A stretch of DNA of 64,000 nt from an uncultured virus (IMG/VR IMGVR_UViG_3300010153_000001) (IMGVR_UViG_3300010153_000001); one strand, 5' to 3'. Positions 8,911-18,533 are shown, counted from the first letter of the stretch. Numbers and translations are program-made. Notes: generated by a model from the letters alone, not told the origin.

Positions 8911-9887
8911 AGTTTTAATGTTTTAGATAGCAGTGGTGCTAATTCTTTAGTAACTGTTTTTATACCGTGTACTTTTACAGCATCAGATAAATCTTTTTGC
9001 ATTTCTAAATAAGCTCCATGAATATTATAAGTTTCCTTATATTTCTTTATTGCATTGTGTCCCGCGGGATCATTATCAAATAAAGTAATAATTTTTGAGA
9101 ATTTTTCTTTCAAATTATTTATTACATAGGGTTTTATCATTGTATTTTCACTATCTGGTGCTATAACTTCAACATTAAAGTTAAAATACCTTAAACACAT
9201 AGCATCCTTTAAAGATGAACATATAATTAAGTTAGGTTTAGTATAAGTAAGTTGATCTAGACCTTGTGTATATGGTGTAACTTTAATAAACTTATAATTT
9301 TTTTGAGCAGGTTGATATATTTTATATATGTTTCCATATTTATCAAAATAACCATACATCTGTTTGTTTTTAATAGTAAGTTTATCAAATGAGTTTTCTT
9401 CTTCTTTAACCATGGTATAATACTCAATTGCAAATACATTGTATTCTTTAAGTATTGATGCACCAATGTTAAAAGATAACCAGAAATCTACATCTTCTTG
9501 ATACCATCCTCTTTTTTTTACAAAATCTACTTTATATTTTGCTGCAGGAGTACATTCTATTCTATCATGTTCTCCATGTTTAAGGATATAACTATTATAA
9601 TCCTCAATTATACGAAATAAGGCTTGTGAATAATTTAATTTATAAATTTCTTGAACTATATCTATTGCACTACCTTGTGTGCCTGAACTGAAATCTTTAA
9701 ATTTATATTGACCTGAACCTTTATCATAATATATAAACATACTTGGTGTTCTCTCAGAAGGATTAAAGATAGATTTAACTTGTAAATCTTGTCCAAATAA
9801 TCTTTCTGGTAAATCTAAGTAGAACTCAAACACCCAGGCTGTATCAATTTCCTTTTGATTTGATATAAAATTTTTTGTGCTAATCAT
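8907..9887 (-). CDS. dnaG: DnaG-like primase (crAss-type)
   Basis: ERTPSM...FKDF N-terminus, KIYQP, Toprim ICSSLKDAM and LFDND, KDLSD; start placed at ATG 9887 rather than GTG 9920. Confidence 0.75.
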   Translation of the reverse strand: MISTKNFISNQKEIDTAWVFEFYLDLPERLFGQDLQVKSIFNPSERTPSMFIYYDKGSGQYKFKDFSSGTQGSAIDIVQEIYKLNYSQALFRIIEDYNSYILKHGEHDRIECTPAAKYKVDFVKKRGWYQEDVDFWLSFNIGASILKEYNVFAIEYYTMVKEEENSFDKLTIKNKQMYGYFDKYGNIYKIYQPAQKNYKFIKVTPYTQGLDQLTYTKPNLIICSSLKDAMCLRYFNFNVEVIAPDSENTMIKPYVINNLKEKFSKIITLFDNDPAGHNAIKKYKETYNIHGAYLEMQKDLSDAVKVHGIKTVTKELAPLLSKTLKL

Positions 9888-10012
9888 AATTAAAAATAGT
9901 TTAGGGCTGAGAATTGGCACCGCAAGTGGTATTCTTTCTCAATTAAGTTGATATAACCTCGTCAGGTAATTACTTTCACTCTAGAGTAGTACACCCTTGC
10001 TAATCATAATTA
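9878..10012. repeat. 15-bp direct repeat flanking a GC-richer structured spacer
   Basis: TGCTAATCATAATTA at 9878-9892 and 9998-10012. Confidence 0.85.
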
Positions 10013-10041
10013 TTTTATGCCATCCAACACCCTCAACTATT

Positions 10042-10130
10042 AAAATAAAAGAGGACTCAGTGAACTGAGTACATTGTTTCCATGTATTTGTTTCCAGAAC
10101 TGCTTAGATATGAGCCCTCTTTTTATTTTT
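10042..10130 (-). promoter_or_regulatory. Structured terminator/attenuator-like RNA element
   Basis: Minus strand AAAAGAGGGCTCA...TGAGTCCTCTTTT stem with internal hairpins and two TGGAAACA copies. Confidence 0.55.
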
Positions 10131-10132
10131 TA

Positions 10133-10843
10133 TTACAGATTAAAGTCAGATCCTGATGAATTATTCTCTTTAGGTTCAAAAGAATTATTCTCTTGCTTTT
10201 TTGCAACTGGTCTAACGTGAACAGATGTATCAAAACTTAATAATCTAGAATTTTCTAAATCAAAATTTTCAAGACCTACTCCCTCTTTAGAGATTCTTGG
10301 AATATAAAGATCATTATTAACATAACCTTCTTTATTTTCCCATTCTCTAGATGCTAAACAACTATTCATCCATATAGATCCTTTTTCACCATTAGTGAAT
10401 AAAGTATTACATTCATTCATGAAATCTTCAATTGTTTCTGCCTCAATAGAATCTAAATCATCTCTCATATTAAGAACTTCACCAAGAAAAATCATTGATT
10501 TAAGAATTTCTTGATCTTTATTAATTTCTCTACCACTAGGTAATGTAGCATCTTTAAATGGATATGGAGACATTCTCACTCTTCCTACTTGACCTTCATA
10601 TCTTCCTAAAGATTCATTGCTTTGGTCTCTTAAGAAACCTTCAAAATCCCCTCCTTGAGGTCTACCTTCTACATGTAACATGATATTATGTGCATCTTTA
10701 TCATATGGTGTTACATCATAAGTAATTCTATTAATTTTAATCTCATGATTTCCTGGGCCTAGAACTGGTCTTGCTTTGCCAGATCCTGCTTGTAATCCTT
10801 TTGTGTTTAACATAACTTTTGTTTTTAAATTTAATTCACTCAT
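10133..10843 (-). CDS. Putative ssDNA-binding/recombination protein
   Basis: Follows a Sak4-like ATPase; beta-rich; flexible tail ending SGSDFNL. Confidence 0.5.
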   Translation of the reverse strand: MSELNLKTKVMLNTKGLQAGSGKARPVLGPGNHEIKINRITYDVTPYDKDAHNIMLHVEGRPQGGDFEGFLRDQSNESLGRYEGQVGRVRMSPYPFKDATLPSGREINKDQEILKSMIFLGEVLNMRDDLDSIEAETIEDFMNECNTLFTNGEKGSIWMNSCLASREWENKEGYVNNDLYIPRISKEGVGLENFDLENSRLLSFDTSVHVRPVAKKQENNSFEPKENNSSGSDFNL

Positions 10844-10855
10844 TTTATTTCTTTA

Positions 10856-11536
10856 TTAAGATTCATAATTTGTTATACAGTCCTTAACTAACTGTAGATC
10901 ATTTTCTATAAAGGATTCTTCAAACATTCCCATTGGTGATTTACAAGTGTTCTCACCATTGTTCTGAGTATCAAATCCATATTCAAGACCATCTTCAGTC
11001 TTACGTACTTTTCCAAATAATACAATTGAAAATAGACCTTCTAAAGTTAATGCATTATCTATCATTTTACCAACAGTTTTTGCTTTAACTCTTCTATGTC
11101 CATTTACATCTGTGCTTTCTTCAGAATGTGTCAAAAAGAATATTGTTAAATCTTCTCTCATATCTTTAGGCATCTTAGCAACTTGCGCTAAGTTAGCTGC
11201 TATGGAAGTAAATTTATCATAACCTTTTTCATTTGCTCTATCAAAATATTCAAAAGAGCTCATATATTGCCAATCATCAACAACTAATGTTTTGATATGT
11301 GGCATTTTATCATTAACATGTTGTAATGCTTTAAGTATACCAGGAGCAGATGAAGCTGAAGTCATATTCCCTTTAGGATTATCCTTTGAAATATTACTAT
11401 AGTTTTTCTTCCAACCTTTAAATGGTAATGGTTTATTTGCAATGTTAATTATAAATGTTTCTTTAGGATCTAATTTCCTAATTGATGTAGACTTTCCAGT
11501 CCCTGAGTCAGCTATGACTAATACGCTTTGTGCCAT
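10856..11536 (-). CDS. AAA_24/Sak4-like ATPase
   Basis: ADSGTGKSTS Walker A, LVVDD Walker B, KTVGKMID, TCKSPMGMF. Confidence 0.8.
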   Translation of the reverse strand: MAQSVLVIADSGTGKSTSIRKLDPKETFIINIANKPLPFKGWKKNYSNISKDNPKGNMTSASSAPGILKALQHVNDKMPHIKTLVVDDWQYMSSFEYFDRANEKGYDKFTSIAANLAQVAKMPKDMREDLTIFFLTHSEESTDVNGHRRVKAKTVGKMIDNALTLEGLFSIVLFGKVRKTEDGLEYGFDTQNNGENTCKSPMGMFEESFIENDLQLVKDCITNYES

Positions 11537-11537
11537 T

Positions 11538-12041
11538 CTATTTCAATTTTTGATTAATACTTAATAATGCTTTTTCTATTCCTTTGAGCACATCAACTAT
11601 ATCCCTTTCAGTTTCAGGATTTGGTAATGCATCAAACTTTCCTGATGCTACAGCTAAGTCTTCCTTTTCTATTTTATTTTGACCTCTGTCAGTAACATCA
11701 TTTATTACTTTTAATTCTGATACAGGAACTATGTGTCTTTGAAATCCTGAGTTACTTGTAATTAATTCATATTCTTCTTTCCAATGAGGATTATGTTTTA
11801 ATAAATACAAAGTTCTTTTAGGATCTTCAGAGTTATATTCTATACTAACAAATTCAGTATAAATGTCATTTTTTTTCTCGAATTCACTAGGAAAGAATGA
11901 TATATGTAAATCATCTTTACCTGTTGGCCTATATGCCATCTTTGGTATATATAATGCATTGCTATTATTGGTTTGATTAAACCAAGGTTGATGCTCTTTT
12001 TTTAATTCTAAAACTTTTGCTTTACGTTCTTCTGGTGTCAT
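11538..12041 (-). CDS. Hypothetical protein
   Basis: 167-aa ORF in the replication operon. Confidence 0.8.
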   Translation of the reverse strand: MTPEERKAKVLELKKEHQPWFNQTNNSNALYIPKMAYRPTGKDDLHISFFPSEFEKKNDIYTEFVSIEYNSEDPKRTLYLLKHNPHWKEEYELITSNSGFQRHIVPVSELKVINDVTDRGQNKIEKEDLAVASGKFDALPNPETERDIVDVLKGIEKALLSINQKLK

Positions 12042-12044
12042 ATA

Positions 12045-12992
12045 TTATCTTCTTTGTTGTTGAGGTGGTGTGTCCATTTCTTCAATCTCCATTCTTTCAA
12101 ATGCTGCTCTAAAGAAACTCATACGAGCATCTCCATTTCTAGCTTTAAGGAAATGCATTACCAATGTTTTATCATCTTCTATTATAAATCTATCAGGACC
12201 ATAATTTCTAATCTTTTGTTTAGCTGGCCTATTTAAACCTATTAAAGTATCAGCATGTTGTAACATTGCATCTGAACCAAATATATCTGATTCTAATACA
12301 TAATTACCATACTTACCATCTACAGCTCTATCAGGATTATCTATATTTCTATTTAACTGTGATAATGTTATAAACATTACAGGATACTCACGCTTAACTT
12401 GCGTAAAGAATTCCCCTAGTTCAAATAACATATCCAACCTATTGTTTTGATATGGTGCTCTCTTTACTAGAAGAGTATGGTCCAAAGTTATAATAGTTTT
12501 TTTACCTTTATGTTCATCCATATACATATCAACTTGTTCACGCATTTGATTAACAGTCATAGGTGTAGATATAATATCCACGGGATTTTTAAGTCTTTCT
12601 TTAGCATATTCATGGCATTTATTAAATGTGTCTGTTTCTAAAACACTTCCTGCACTACATAATTGTTTATATGTTTTACCAGTAATAGAACTAAATTCTC
12701 TTATTGCTGAGGTTCTACCTACCATTTCAAATTGAAACTCAAGAACTCTAAAATCTTCTGCAGGATTTAAAATAAATGATTCTCTTATTATTTGATCTTT
12801 AATTAATGTTTTACCTGATCCAGGTCTTCCACCAATTACTGTAAGAGTATTCCATTCTAATCCATCTGTTACAGCATCATTAAATTTATGCCAAGGAGTC
12901 TGTATAGATTTCTCTTTACCACTCTGCCTATCAAGCATATATTTAAGTGCTTCATTAAATGCAGTATATTGTCCATTCCATGCTTTACTCAT
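12045..12992 (-). CDS. dnaB: DnaB-like replicative helicase (C-terminal domain only)
   Basis: GGRPGSGKT, FEM, LDH, LSQLNR, SD..GS, KARNG. Confidence 0.9.
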   Translation of the reverse strand: MSKAWNGQYTAFNEALKYMLDRQSGKEKSIQTPWHKFNDAVTDGLEWNTLTVIGGRPGSGKTLIKDQIIRESFILNPAEDFRVLEFQFEMVGRTSAIREFSSITGKTYKQLCSAGSVLETDTFNKCHEYAKERLKNPVDIISTPMTVNQMREQVDMYMDEHKGKKTIITLDHTLLVKRAPYQNNRLDMLFELGEFFTQVKREYPVMFITLSQLNRNIDNPDRAVDGKYGNYVLESDIFGSDAMLQHADTLIGLNRPAKQKIRNYGPDRFIIEDDKTLVMHFLKARNGDARMSFFRAAFERMEIEEMDTPPQQQRR

Positions 12993-13594
12993 ACTACTTT
13001 ATCTTTAAAATGACTTGGTCTGTCTATTACTCCATCTTTTATCATATCACAATAATCAGCTAGTTCTGAATGCTTTACTTTATTATTGTCTTGTTTTGAT
13101 ATATAATATTGACTATTTTTCATATATAAATATTCTTTGTCTCTAAATTCATTAACATACATTCTTGTTGCTTTAATAACTTCATCCCAAGTAAAATCAT
13201 ATGTCTCAAAGAACCATCTAAATGCTGTCTCAAGACTTTTAATATTCTGTCTTGCTGGTTTATTACTAGGTAATTTACCTGCAGGAAATATTTCTCTATA
13301 TTCATTTAATTTATCAAGAAAATCTTTACCCATTAATTGAATGTTAGTTTTCTTTTTTGCTTTAATAAAATAGTTATCATATTTTCTAATTATTGATTTA
13401 CCATCTCTAGTTATAGTATAACTTGTTTTATTTTGTTTTTTGTGTTGGACCACATATCCTACCTTAACTAAATAACCTACTTCTGATAGAGGTTTTATTT
13501 GAGGTACAGATATACGTTCATGTATAGAATACAGTAATAATAACTGATTTGGTGTTATATTGTCTTTAAGGATTTTTTGTAATAATTCCCACAT
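12989..13594 (-). CDS. Putative replication initiator/helicase loader
   Basis: wHTH-like N-terminus; coupled to the helicase gene. Confidence 0.45.
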   Translation of the reverse strand: MWELLQKILKDNITPNQLLLLYSIHERISVPQIKPLSEVGYLVKVGYVVQHKKQNKTSYTITRDGKSIIRKYDNYFIKAKKKTNIQLMGKDFLDKLNEYREIFPAGKLPSNKPARQNIKSLETAFRWFFETYDFTWDEVIKATRMYVNEFRDKEYLYMKNSQYYISKQDNNKVKHSELADYCDMIKDGVIDRPSHFKDKVV

Positions 13595-13619
13595 ATATTG
13601 ATTTAAATAATTTGTTTTG

Positions 13620-13656
13620 CAAATATACTAATTTTTAATTTTTTTACCTATCTTTG
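13620..13656. promoter_or_regulatory. Back-to-back TAnnTTTG promoters
   Basis: Minus TATATTTG at 13627-13620; plus TATCTTTG at 13649-13656. Confidence 0.7.
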
Positions 13657-13760
13657 TACTATGAATTTAACATTAAATCACATAAAATATTTGGAAAATT
13701 CCAATCATAGTAAAATGCTCAGAACTATACCAGATCATGCATTAAATAAAATATTAAAAG

Positions 13761-14327
13761 ATGAAAGATAAAGAATCAAAGTCAGAATTCTCAAAAGATT
13801 ATAAACATACTTTACTTACTAAAGAGTTAAATGAAGCATCTCAGATGCTACAAAAACAATTACCTAAAGATACATTTTATACATTACCTGATAATAGAAT
13901 TGTTACTATTCCTATTTCAGGAGTATTTAAAAGTGAATTGTCTATGTTGCAAGAATATTTAATGGAACTTATGTTTGATAATCCTGATGATTTAATTAAA
14001 ACAATGGCTTTAATTAATTCTGATCCTGCTGAACTAGATGAAGCAATTAAAGAAGGTAAACTAGAACCCCGTGATAATAAATTTTTTGCTCTTAGAACCA
14101 TTATAGTATTAAATCAAGAAATTCAATATCAAGCTATCACTCAAGGTGCTGCTTTAGTTTATGATAAAAAAGAACTTTATGATGAAATAAGTGGTCAATT
14201 GAAAGATGAAATTAGTTTAAATGACAATCACTTATCAAAAGAAGAACTTGAAAAGAGAATAAAAGAAGAAAAAGATGAAGAATCTAACTCATCAGGTCCT
14301 ATTATAATAGAACCTAACGTAGATTAG
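13761..14327 (+). CDS. Hypothetical acidic protein, counter-oriented
   Basis: 188-aa plus-strand ORF filling the gap between minus-strand genes. Confidence 0.75.
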   Translation: MKDKESKSEFSKDYKHTLLTKELNEASQMLQKQLPKDTFYTLPDNRIVTIPISGVFKSELSMLQEYLMELMFDNPDDLIKTMALINSDPAELDEAIKEGKLEPRDNKFFALRTIIVLNQEIQYQAITQGAALVYDKKELYDEISGQLKDEISLNDNHLSKEELEKRIKEEKDEESNSSGPIIIEPNVD

Positions 14328-14700
14328 ATCCAACATCATCTCCTATCTCAATAATGTTCTGAATTACTGCATTAAGTTCACTTTTATCACAATCTCCAAA
14401 TGATTTACAGTATTCTTGTCCATCTCTGTTAAAACATAATCCTGTCTTTCTTTTTATTATAAGTTTGATTTCTTCAAGACTATAACCTAACTCATTTGCT
14501 AACTCTCTTAGCATTACATAAATCTTTGCTATTTGTGCATTAGAACCTTTAGGGCCTATTACACTAACAAAGATTTCTACTTTACTGCCTTCTGGTAAAC
14601 CTTCTACAAATTTATTGTAGATGGTTTCCCTGGCTTTAATGGTATGTTCTAATTTACCATCTTTTTTAATAAGATTAGAAAAAAAGTTTTGCTTACTCAT
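14314..14700 (-). CDS. NinB/Orf-like protein (tentative)
   Basis: SNAQ..KIY..LRELANELGY..EEIK...KSF..C.K.EL pattern. Confidence 0.45.
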   Translation of the reverse strand: MSKQNFFSNLIKKDGKLEHTIKARETIYNKFVEGLPEGSKVEIFVSVIGPKGSNAQIAKIYVMLRELANELGYSLEEIKLIIKRKTGLCFNRDGQEYCKSFGDCDKSELNAVIQNIIEIGDDVGSNLR

Positions 14701-14810
14701 TTTTTTGTTCTTTTATCTATATCTTTCTCTATCTGAGATGCAGCATATACTCCTGTTATTATCCCAAGAAAGTATATTACTATTCCAAATATTATATAAA
14801 GTGCTTCCAT
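14697..14810 (-). CDS. Small membrane protein, 37 aa (not in ORF track)
   Basis: MEALYIIFGIVIYFLGIITGVYAASQIEKDIDKRTKK; stop overlaps the next ATG. Confidence 0.65.
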   Translation of the reverse strand: MEALYIIFGIVIYFLGIITGVYAASQIEKDIDKRTKK

Positions 14811-14811
14811 A

Positions 14812-15078
14812 TTAATAATCTTTTTTTAATGATTCTAAAATTTGTTCACACATCCAATCATAATCTAATTCTACATCTATAAATGATGATATATCTACTT
14901 CTATCATATTTCCATTTTTATCTGGAGCATATATCATAACCTTGTCTATAGTTACATAAGGATCACATCCAGGATCTATTCTAGTTTCTCTTTCTCCTGG
15001 TTCATATGTATAATGTATAGTAAATTCTGATCCAGAAAATTCTATTTCAAATGTATCTTTAAAACCTATTGTTCTCAT
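14812..15078 (-). CDS. Hypothetical protein
   Basis: 88-aa acidic ORF. Confidence 0.75.
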   Translation of the reverse strand: MRTIGFKDTFEIEFSGSEFTIHYTYEPGERETRIDPGCDPYVTIDKVMIYAPDKNGNMIEVDISSFIDVELDYDWMCEQILESLKKDY

Positions 15079-15145
15079 AATCTTTTATTATTTGACGTTG
15101 TCTTAATATTATAAATACTAAAACTATTATTATTGGTATTCCCAT
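15059..15145 (-). CDS. Small hydrophobic peptide, 28 aa (not in ORF track)
   Basis: MGIPIIIVLVFIILRQRQIIKDYENNRF fills the gap after the helicase. Confidence 0.45.
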   Translation of the reverse strand: MGIPIIIVLVFIILRQRQIIKDYENNRF

Positions 15146-15146
15146 A

Positions 15147-16253
15147 CTATTTATCTATTAATGGATTATATCTACTTATTTTTGTTGAGTCAAACCCACT
15201 TAATGCAGAATCTACCCATTTCTCATCTACAGTATTTTGATAACAAAGTATATGACAGATAGCAGTCTCTGTTGGATTTAATCTTAATAATCTACCAATT
15301 CTTTGAGATGTTTTTCTTTCATTACCATAAGCATGCATAATTATACCTTGTTTAAGTCCAGGTATACTAACACCTTCACTTAATTGTAATACACATGATA
15401 ACTTGTCAATTCTACCATCACGAAATAATTCTAAATTATCTTCTGAGTCAGTATTTTTTGAATGATAACTATGTTTACACATTCTATCTGCTTGTTTTTG
15501 TGTATTAGCAAATACAATACATTTTTCAGATATATTCCTTAATAATCCTAATGCATAAGATTCTTTAGTATTATAATCCATCATAGCTTTCATTCTCATT
15601 ATAGCTGTAAATTGTTTCTGTTTTTGAGTTTGTGCTTCTACTAATCTCTGACTATAATACTCATAATCTTTCTTTTCAGATGTATACCATTCACCACCTG
15701 TAGTTTTATTAACTTTACCAAGTGTAGGTAAACCACTAAGATTTAATTTATGAACAACAATTTTATAATCATTTAATATATTACTATCAGCTGCTTCATC
15801 AACAGTAAAATTATATACTATTGGGCAATACTTTTGTACCATTCTAAACTTTTCTGTACCACGTCTTTTAGGAGGTGTACCAGTTAGTCCTAATATTCTC
15901 CCCGTGTAATTACTTAAAAAATTTTCATGGTTATCCAATAAACTATGACATTCATCAAGATATACTACATCATAATCATTTGGATTTTGTTTGTTAATAG
16001 ATAAATATGTACTAAATGTTATATGATCAGATAATTTATCTGTTAAATCCATTTTGTTTAACTCATCTTTCCAAGCATCTGTAACAGATAACTTAGGAAC
16101 AACAACCAATGCTTTTATAAAAGGATTATAATTAGCCAACAGGTGTTGGATACCAATTCTGGTCTTTCCAACACCCATGCTAATACCTAATCCACATCTT
16201 TTGTTCTTTACAGCTAGATCTAATGCTTTTTCTTGAACATCATCTCTACTCAT
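15147..16253 (-). CDS. Superfamily 2 helicase
   Basis: MGVGKT, LDECH, LTGTP, SEGVSIP, QRIGRLLR. Confidence 0.9.
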   Translation of the reverse strand: MSRDDVQEKALDLAVKNKRCGLGISMGVGKTRIGIQHLLANYNPFIKALVVVPKLSVTDAWKDELNKMDLTDKLSDHITFSTYLSINKQNPNDYDVVYLDECHSLLDNHENFLSNYTGRILGLTGTPPKRRGTEKFRMVQKYCPIVYNFTVDEAADSNILNDYKIVVHKLNLSGLPTLGKVNKTTGGEWYTSEKKDYEYYSQRLVEAQTQKQKQFTAIMRMKAMMDYNTKESYALGLLRNISEKCIVFANTQKQADRMCKHSYHSKNTDSEDNLELFRDGRIDKLSCVLQLSEGVSIPGLKQGIIMHAYGNERKTSQRIGRLLRLNPTETAICHILCYQNTVDEKWVDSALSGFDSTKISRYNPLIDK

Positions 16254-16602
16254 TTACACATCTTTTTAAAGATTTTAACTCTCTACTTAAATGATCAGCT
16301 GTACCATATGCATGTGTAAGTAACTGTAGTAACTGTTGTTTATTACATTTCAATATATCTAAAGGAAATGGCATATATGTACTAGCATCACTACAATATG
16401 GTGCCCACTCTCTCATTTCTCCTATCTCTTTACCAACTTTATCTATAACTTCCATAGATTCTTTAAATCTCTTGGTATTTTCTATAGCTCTAGCTTCTTC
16501 TACTTCAGCAGCTACTTTCTTAGACTCTTCTACAGATTGTAACTTAAGTTTATTCAATATTTTTTTAGGTATATATATCATAATTCTTTTATTATTTGCC
16601 AA
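16246..16602 (-). CDS. Hypothetical protein
   Basis: 118-aa ORF in an overlapping chain. Confidence 0.7.
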   Translation of the reverse strand: MANNKRIMIYIPKKILNKLKLQSVEESKKVAAEVEEARAIENTKRFKESMEVIDKVGKEIGEMREWAPYCSDASTYMPFPLDILKCNKQQLLQLLTHAYGTADHLSRELKSLKRCVNE

Positions 16603-16769
16603 AAACCTACAGTAACTTTAATAAGGTCTTCTCTATTCATTTTACTTAATTCATGATTCAATTCTGCAACATTGTACTCATCTAAACTTTTAAATCCTCT
16701 TAATTTTAAATGTGGATTTGTTAATTTATGACGCACTTCTTTGCTAATAATATTTTCTTCTATACTCAT
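16578..16769 (-). CDS. Hypothetical protein
   Basis: 63-aa ORF in an overlapping chain. Confidence 0.6.
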   Translation of the reverse strand: MSIEENIISKEVRHKLTNPHLKLRGFKSLDEYNVAELNHELSKMNREDLIKVTVGFWQIIKEL

Positions 16770-16972
16770 AATTGTTTTTTTTTAATTTTATATTCTTTCA
16801 TTAAATAAGTTAATTTTCTTTCTAACATGCTTTTTGAAGCTTTTGTTGATGACCATATAGAATTATCTCTTAGTAAGTTATTACTTGATCCTGAAGACAT
16901 TGCTGTATGTGTATATTTGTTTATAGTTTTATTTAGATTTTTACAAATCTCTAATGCTTTTGCTATTGCCAT
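16766..16972 (-). CDS. Hypothetical protein
   Basis: 68-aa basic ORF. Confidence 0.65.
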   Translation of the reverse strand: MAIAKALEICKNLNKTINKYTHTAMSSGSSNNLLRDNSIWSSTKASKSMLERKLTYLMKEYKIKKKQL

Positions 16973-16982
16973 AATTGTTTTT

Positions 16983-17246
16983 TTAAGTTCTTTTGATTGA
17001 GAACCCTAATTCTATTGATTCAGGTTCATTTAATTCTATCCAAGTGTGACATGATCTACATACTGATAACCAAGTGGTTACATCATTATGATATTTACCA
17101 CGTCCTTTTTTGTGGTGTACTTCAGATGACCTTAATGTACAACCAGGTAAACTGGCCATACAATTAGGTTTATCTGTAAGGAATTGTATTCTAAGTTTAG
17201 AATATTCCCTATTAATTTTTGCCATCTTTTTAGATTGACTATTCAT
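16983..17246 (-). CDS. HNH endonuclease-like protein
   Basis: C...C...EVHH...WLSVCRSCH zinc/HNH pattern. Confidence 0.7.
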   Translation of the reverse strand: MNSQSKKMAKINREYSKLRIQFLTDKPNCMASLPGCTLRSSEVHHKKGRGKYHNDVTTWLSVCRSCHTWIELNEPESIELGFSIKRT

Positions 17247-17743
17247 GCAATATTTCTTAGTTTTAAGAAGTTTTTAGGTAGTAAACCTTCTGCAATGAAT
17301 TTTACAATGACATCTTCATAAGTTATTTTGAGATCTTTGAGTGACATTTTATTTGTATATGTTGGATCAGTATCTTTAGGATCCATTGCTGCTAATTTCA
17401 TTGCATCTTTACTGTTTACAAAGATAGCAAAAATTTTATTAGCTTCTCTATTACATATTTCTTGTTTCCAACAATTTAGAATTGATTGTGCACGTTTCCA
17501 GACTTTAGATATTCTTTTCTTTTTGTCTCTATGCATTGCATTCAGTTCTTCTTTCTTATACATATTAAATCCATGTAATACTCTTTTAAATAAAAAGTGT
17601 TGTTGTTGGTTTAATCTTGAATAATCCAGTGGTTGTACTAAATCTTTAGTAATTGTTTGATATTCAGATAACATACCTAAGTACATATATCTTTCTTCTC
17701 TTAGTCTGAGTTTTATTTTTTTTAATTGTTCTTCATTAAGCAT
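17243..17743 (-). CDS. Hypothetical protein
   Basis: 166-aa basic ORF. Confidence 0.8.
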   Translation of the reverse strand: MLNEEQLKKIKLRLREERYMYLGMLSEYQTITKDLVQPLDYSRLNQQQHFLFKRVLHGFNMYKKEELNAMHRDKKKRISKVWKRAQSILNCWKQEICNREANKIFAIFVNSKDAMKLAAMDPKDTDPTYTNKMSLKDLKITYEDVIVKFIAEGLLPKNFLKLRNIA

Positions 17744-17790
17744 TTTTATTAAGTGTATTTGAGTGAGGTTATTAATTAAGTGTGAGATAT

Positions 17791-17828
17791 AAAAAAGAGA
17801 GGTCTGTATTATGAGAGACCTCTCTTTT
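17791..17828 (-). terminator. Intrinsic terminator
   Basis: 13-bp inverted repeat AAAAGAGAGGTCT/AGACCTCTCTTTT after ORF 17846..18496. Confidence 0.8.
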
Positions 17829-17845
17829 CATTGAGAAAACAAGTA

Positions 17846-18496
17846 TTATAGATTGAAGCCTGTTTCTTCTTCAACAACTTCAACTTCTTCAGTTTCAGGT
17901 TCTTCTACAATTTCTTCTGCAGTATCTACTTCATCAGTAACCTCATCCTCAGTAACTTCTTGAATTGCATCTTCAAGATCTATTTGATTTGGGTCTACTT
18001 CTTCAGTATTTTCTACATTTTTTTCTAATATAGCCATATTTCCAGAAGCATTAGCATCTCTGATTTCTTGACTATTTGTATGAGGAACTAAAGTATCTAC
18101 CATAGTACCTGTTGGATCATAATATGATTTTCTATATATAGGCATGTTCATTTCTCCTGTTTCAGTATCAGTACCTTTACAGATAACATTTGTAGTACCT
18201 GCCATTTTTAGATCATAATCTGGGTTATTTTCTGAAAATGGTTTAAATTGCTCTACAATATATATAGATCCTTGCAATGTTTTATTCTTTAATTGCTTTT
18301 CATCTTTTAAATCCTCTACAGTACCGTGTAATAATGTACTTTTAGTTACTTTTTTTATCCATCCTGTTTGTGTAAACATAGTATCTTCTTGTGATAGTAC
18401 TACATGTCCATACTCTGGATTATTCTTTGAAATTCTGATTGCATTTCCCATTTCATCTGGGACAATACATACTTTACCCTGTTTTGCCATAAGCAT
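17846..18496 (-). CDS. Hypothetical protein with long acidic tail (SSB-like architecture)
   Basis: Beta-rich N-domain; Glu/Asp-rich C-terminus ending GFNL. Confidence 0.6.
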   Translation of the reverse strand: MLMAKQGKVCIVPDEMGNAIRISKNNPEYGHVVLSQEDTMFTQTGWIKKVTKSTLLHGTVEDLKDEKQLKNKTLQGSIYIVEQFKPFSENNPDYDLKMAGTTNVICKGTDTETGEMNMPIYRKSYYDPTGTMVDTLVPHTNSQEIRDANASGNMAILEKNVENTEEVDPNQIDLEDAIQEVTEDEVTDEVDTAEEIVEEPETEEVEVVEEETGFNL

Positions 18497-18533
18497 TAAT
18501 TAAAATTAGTTAATAAAATTGTTTGATTAATTT

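Noticed and set aside
9888..9920. N-terminal extensions from alternative starts (also 24644, 33198, 37009, 22619, 23995)
   Set aside because: Extensions run through promoters, terminators, structured spacers or upstream genes; downstream ATGs have better leaders.
9925..9980. Hammerhead ribozyme (CTGACGA...GAAA on the minus strand)
   Set aside because: Core words are present, but I could not build stems I-III with correct spacing; kept only as a generic structured element.
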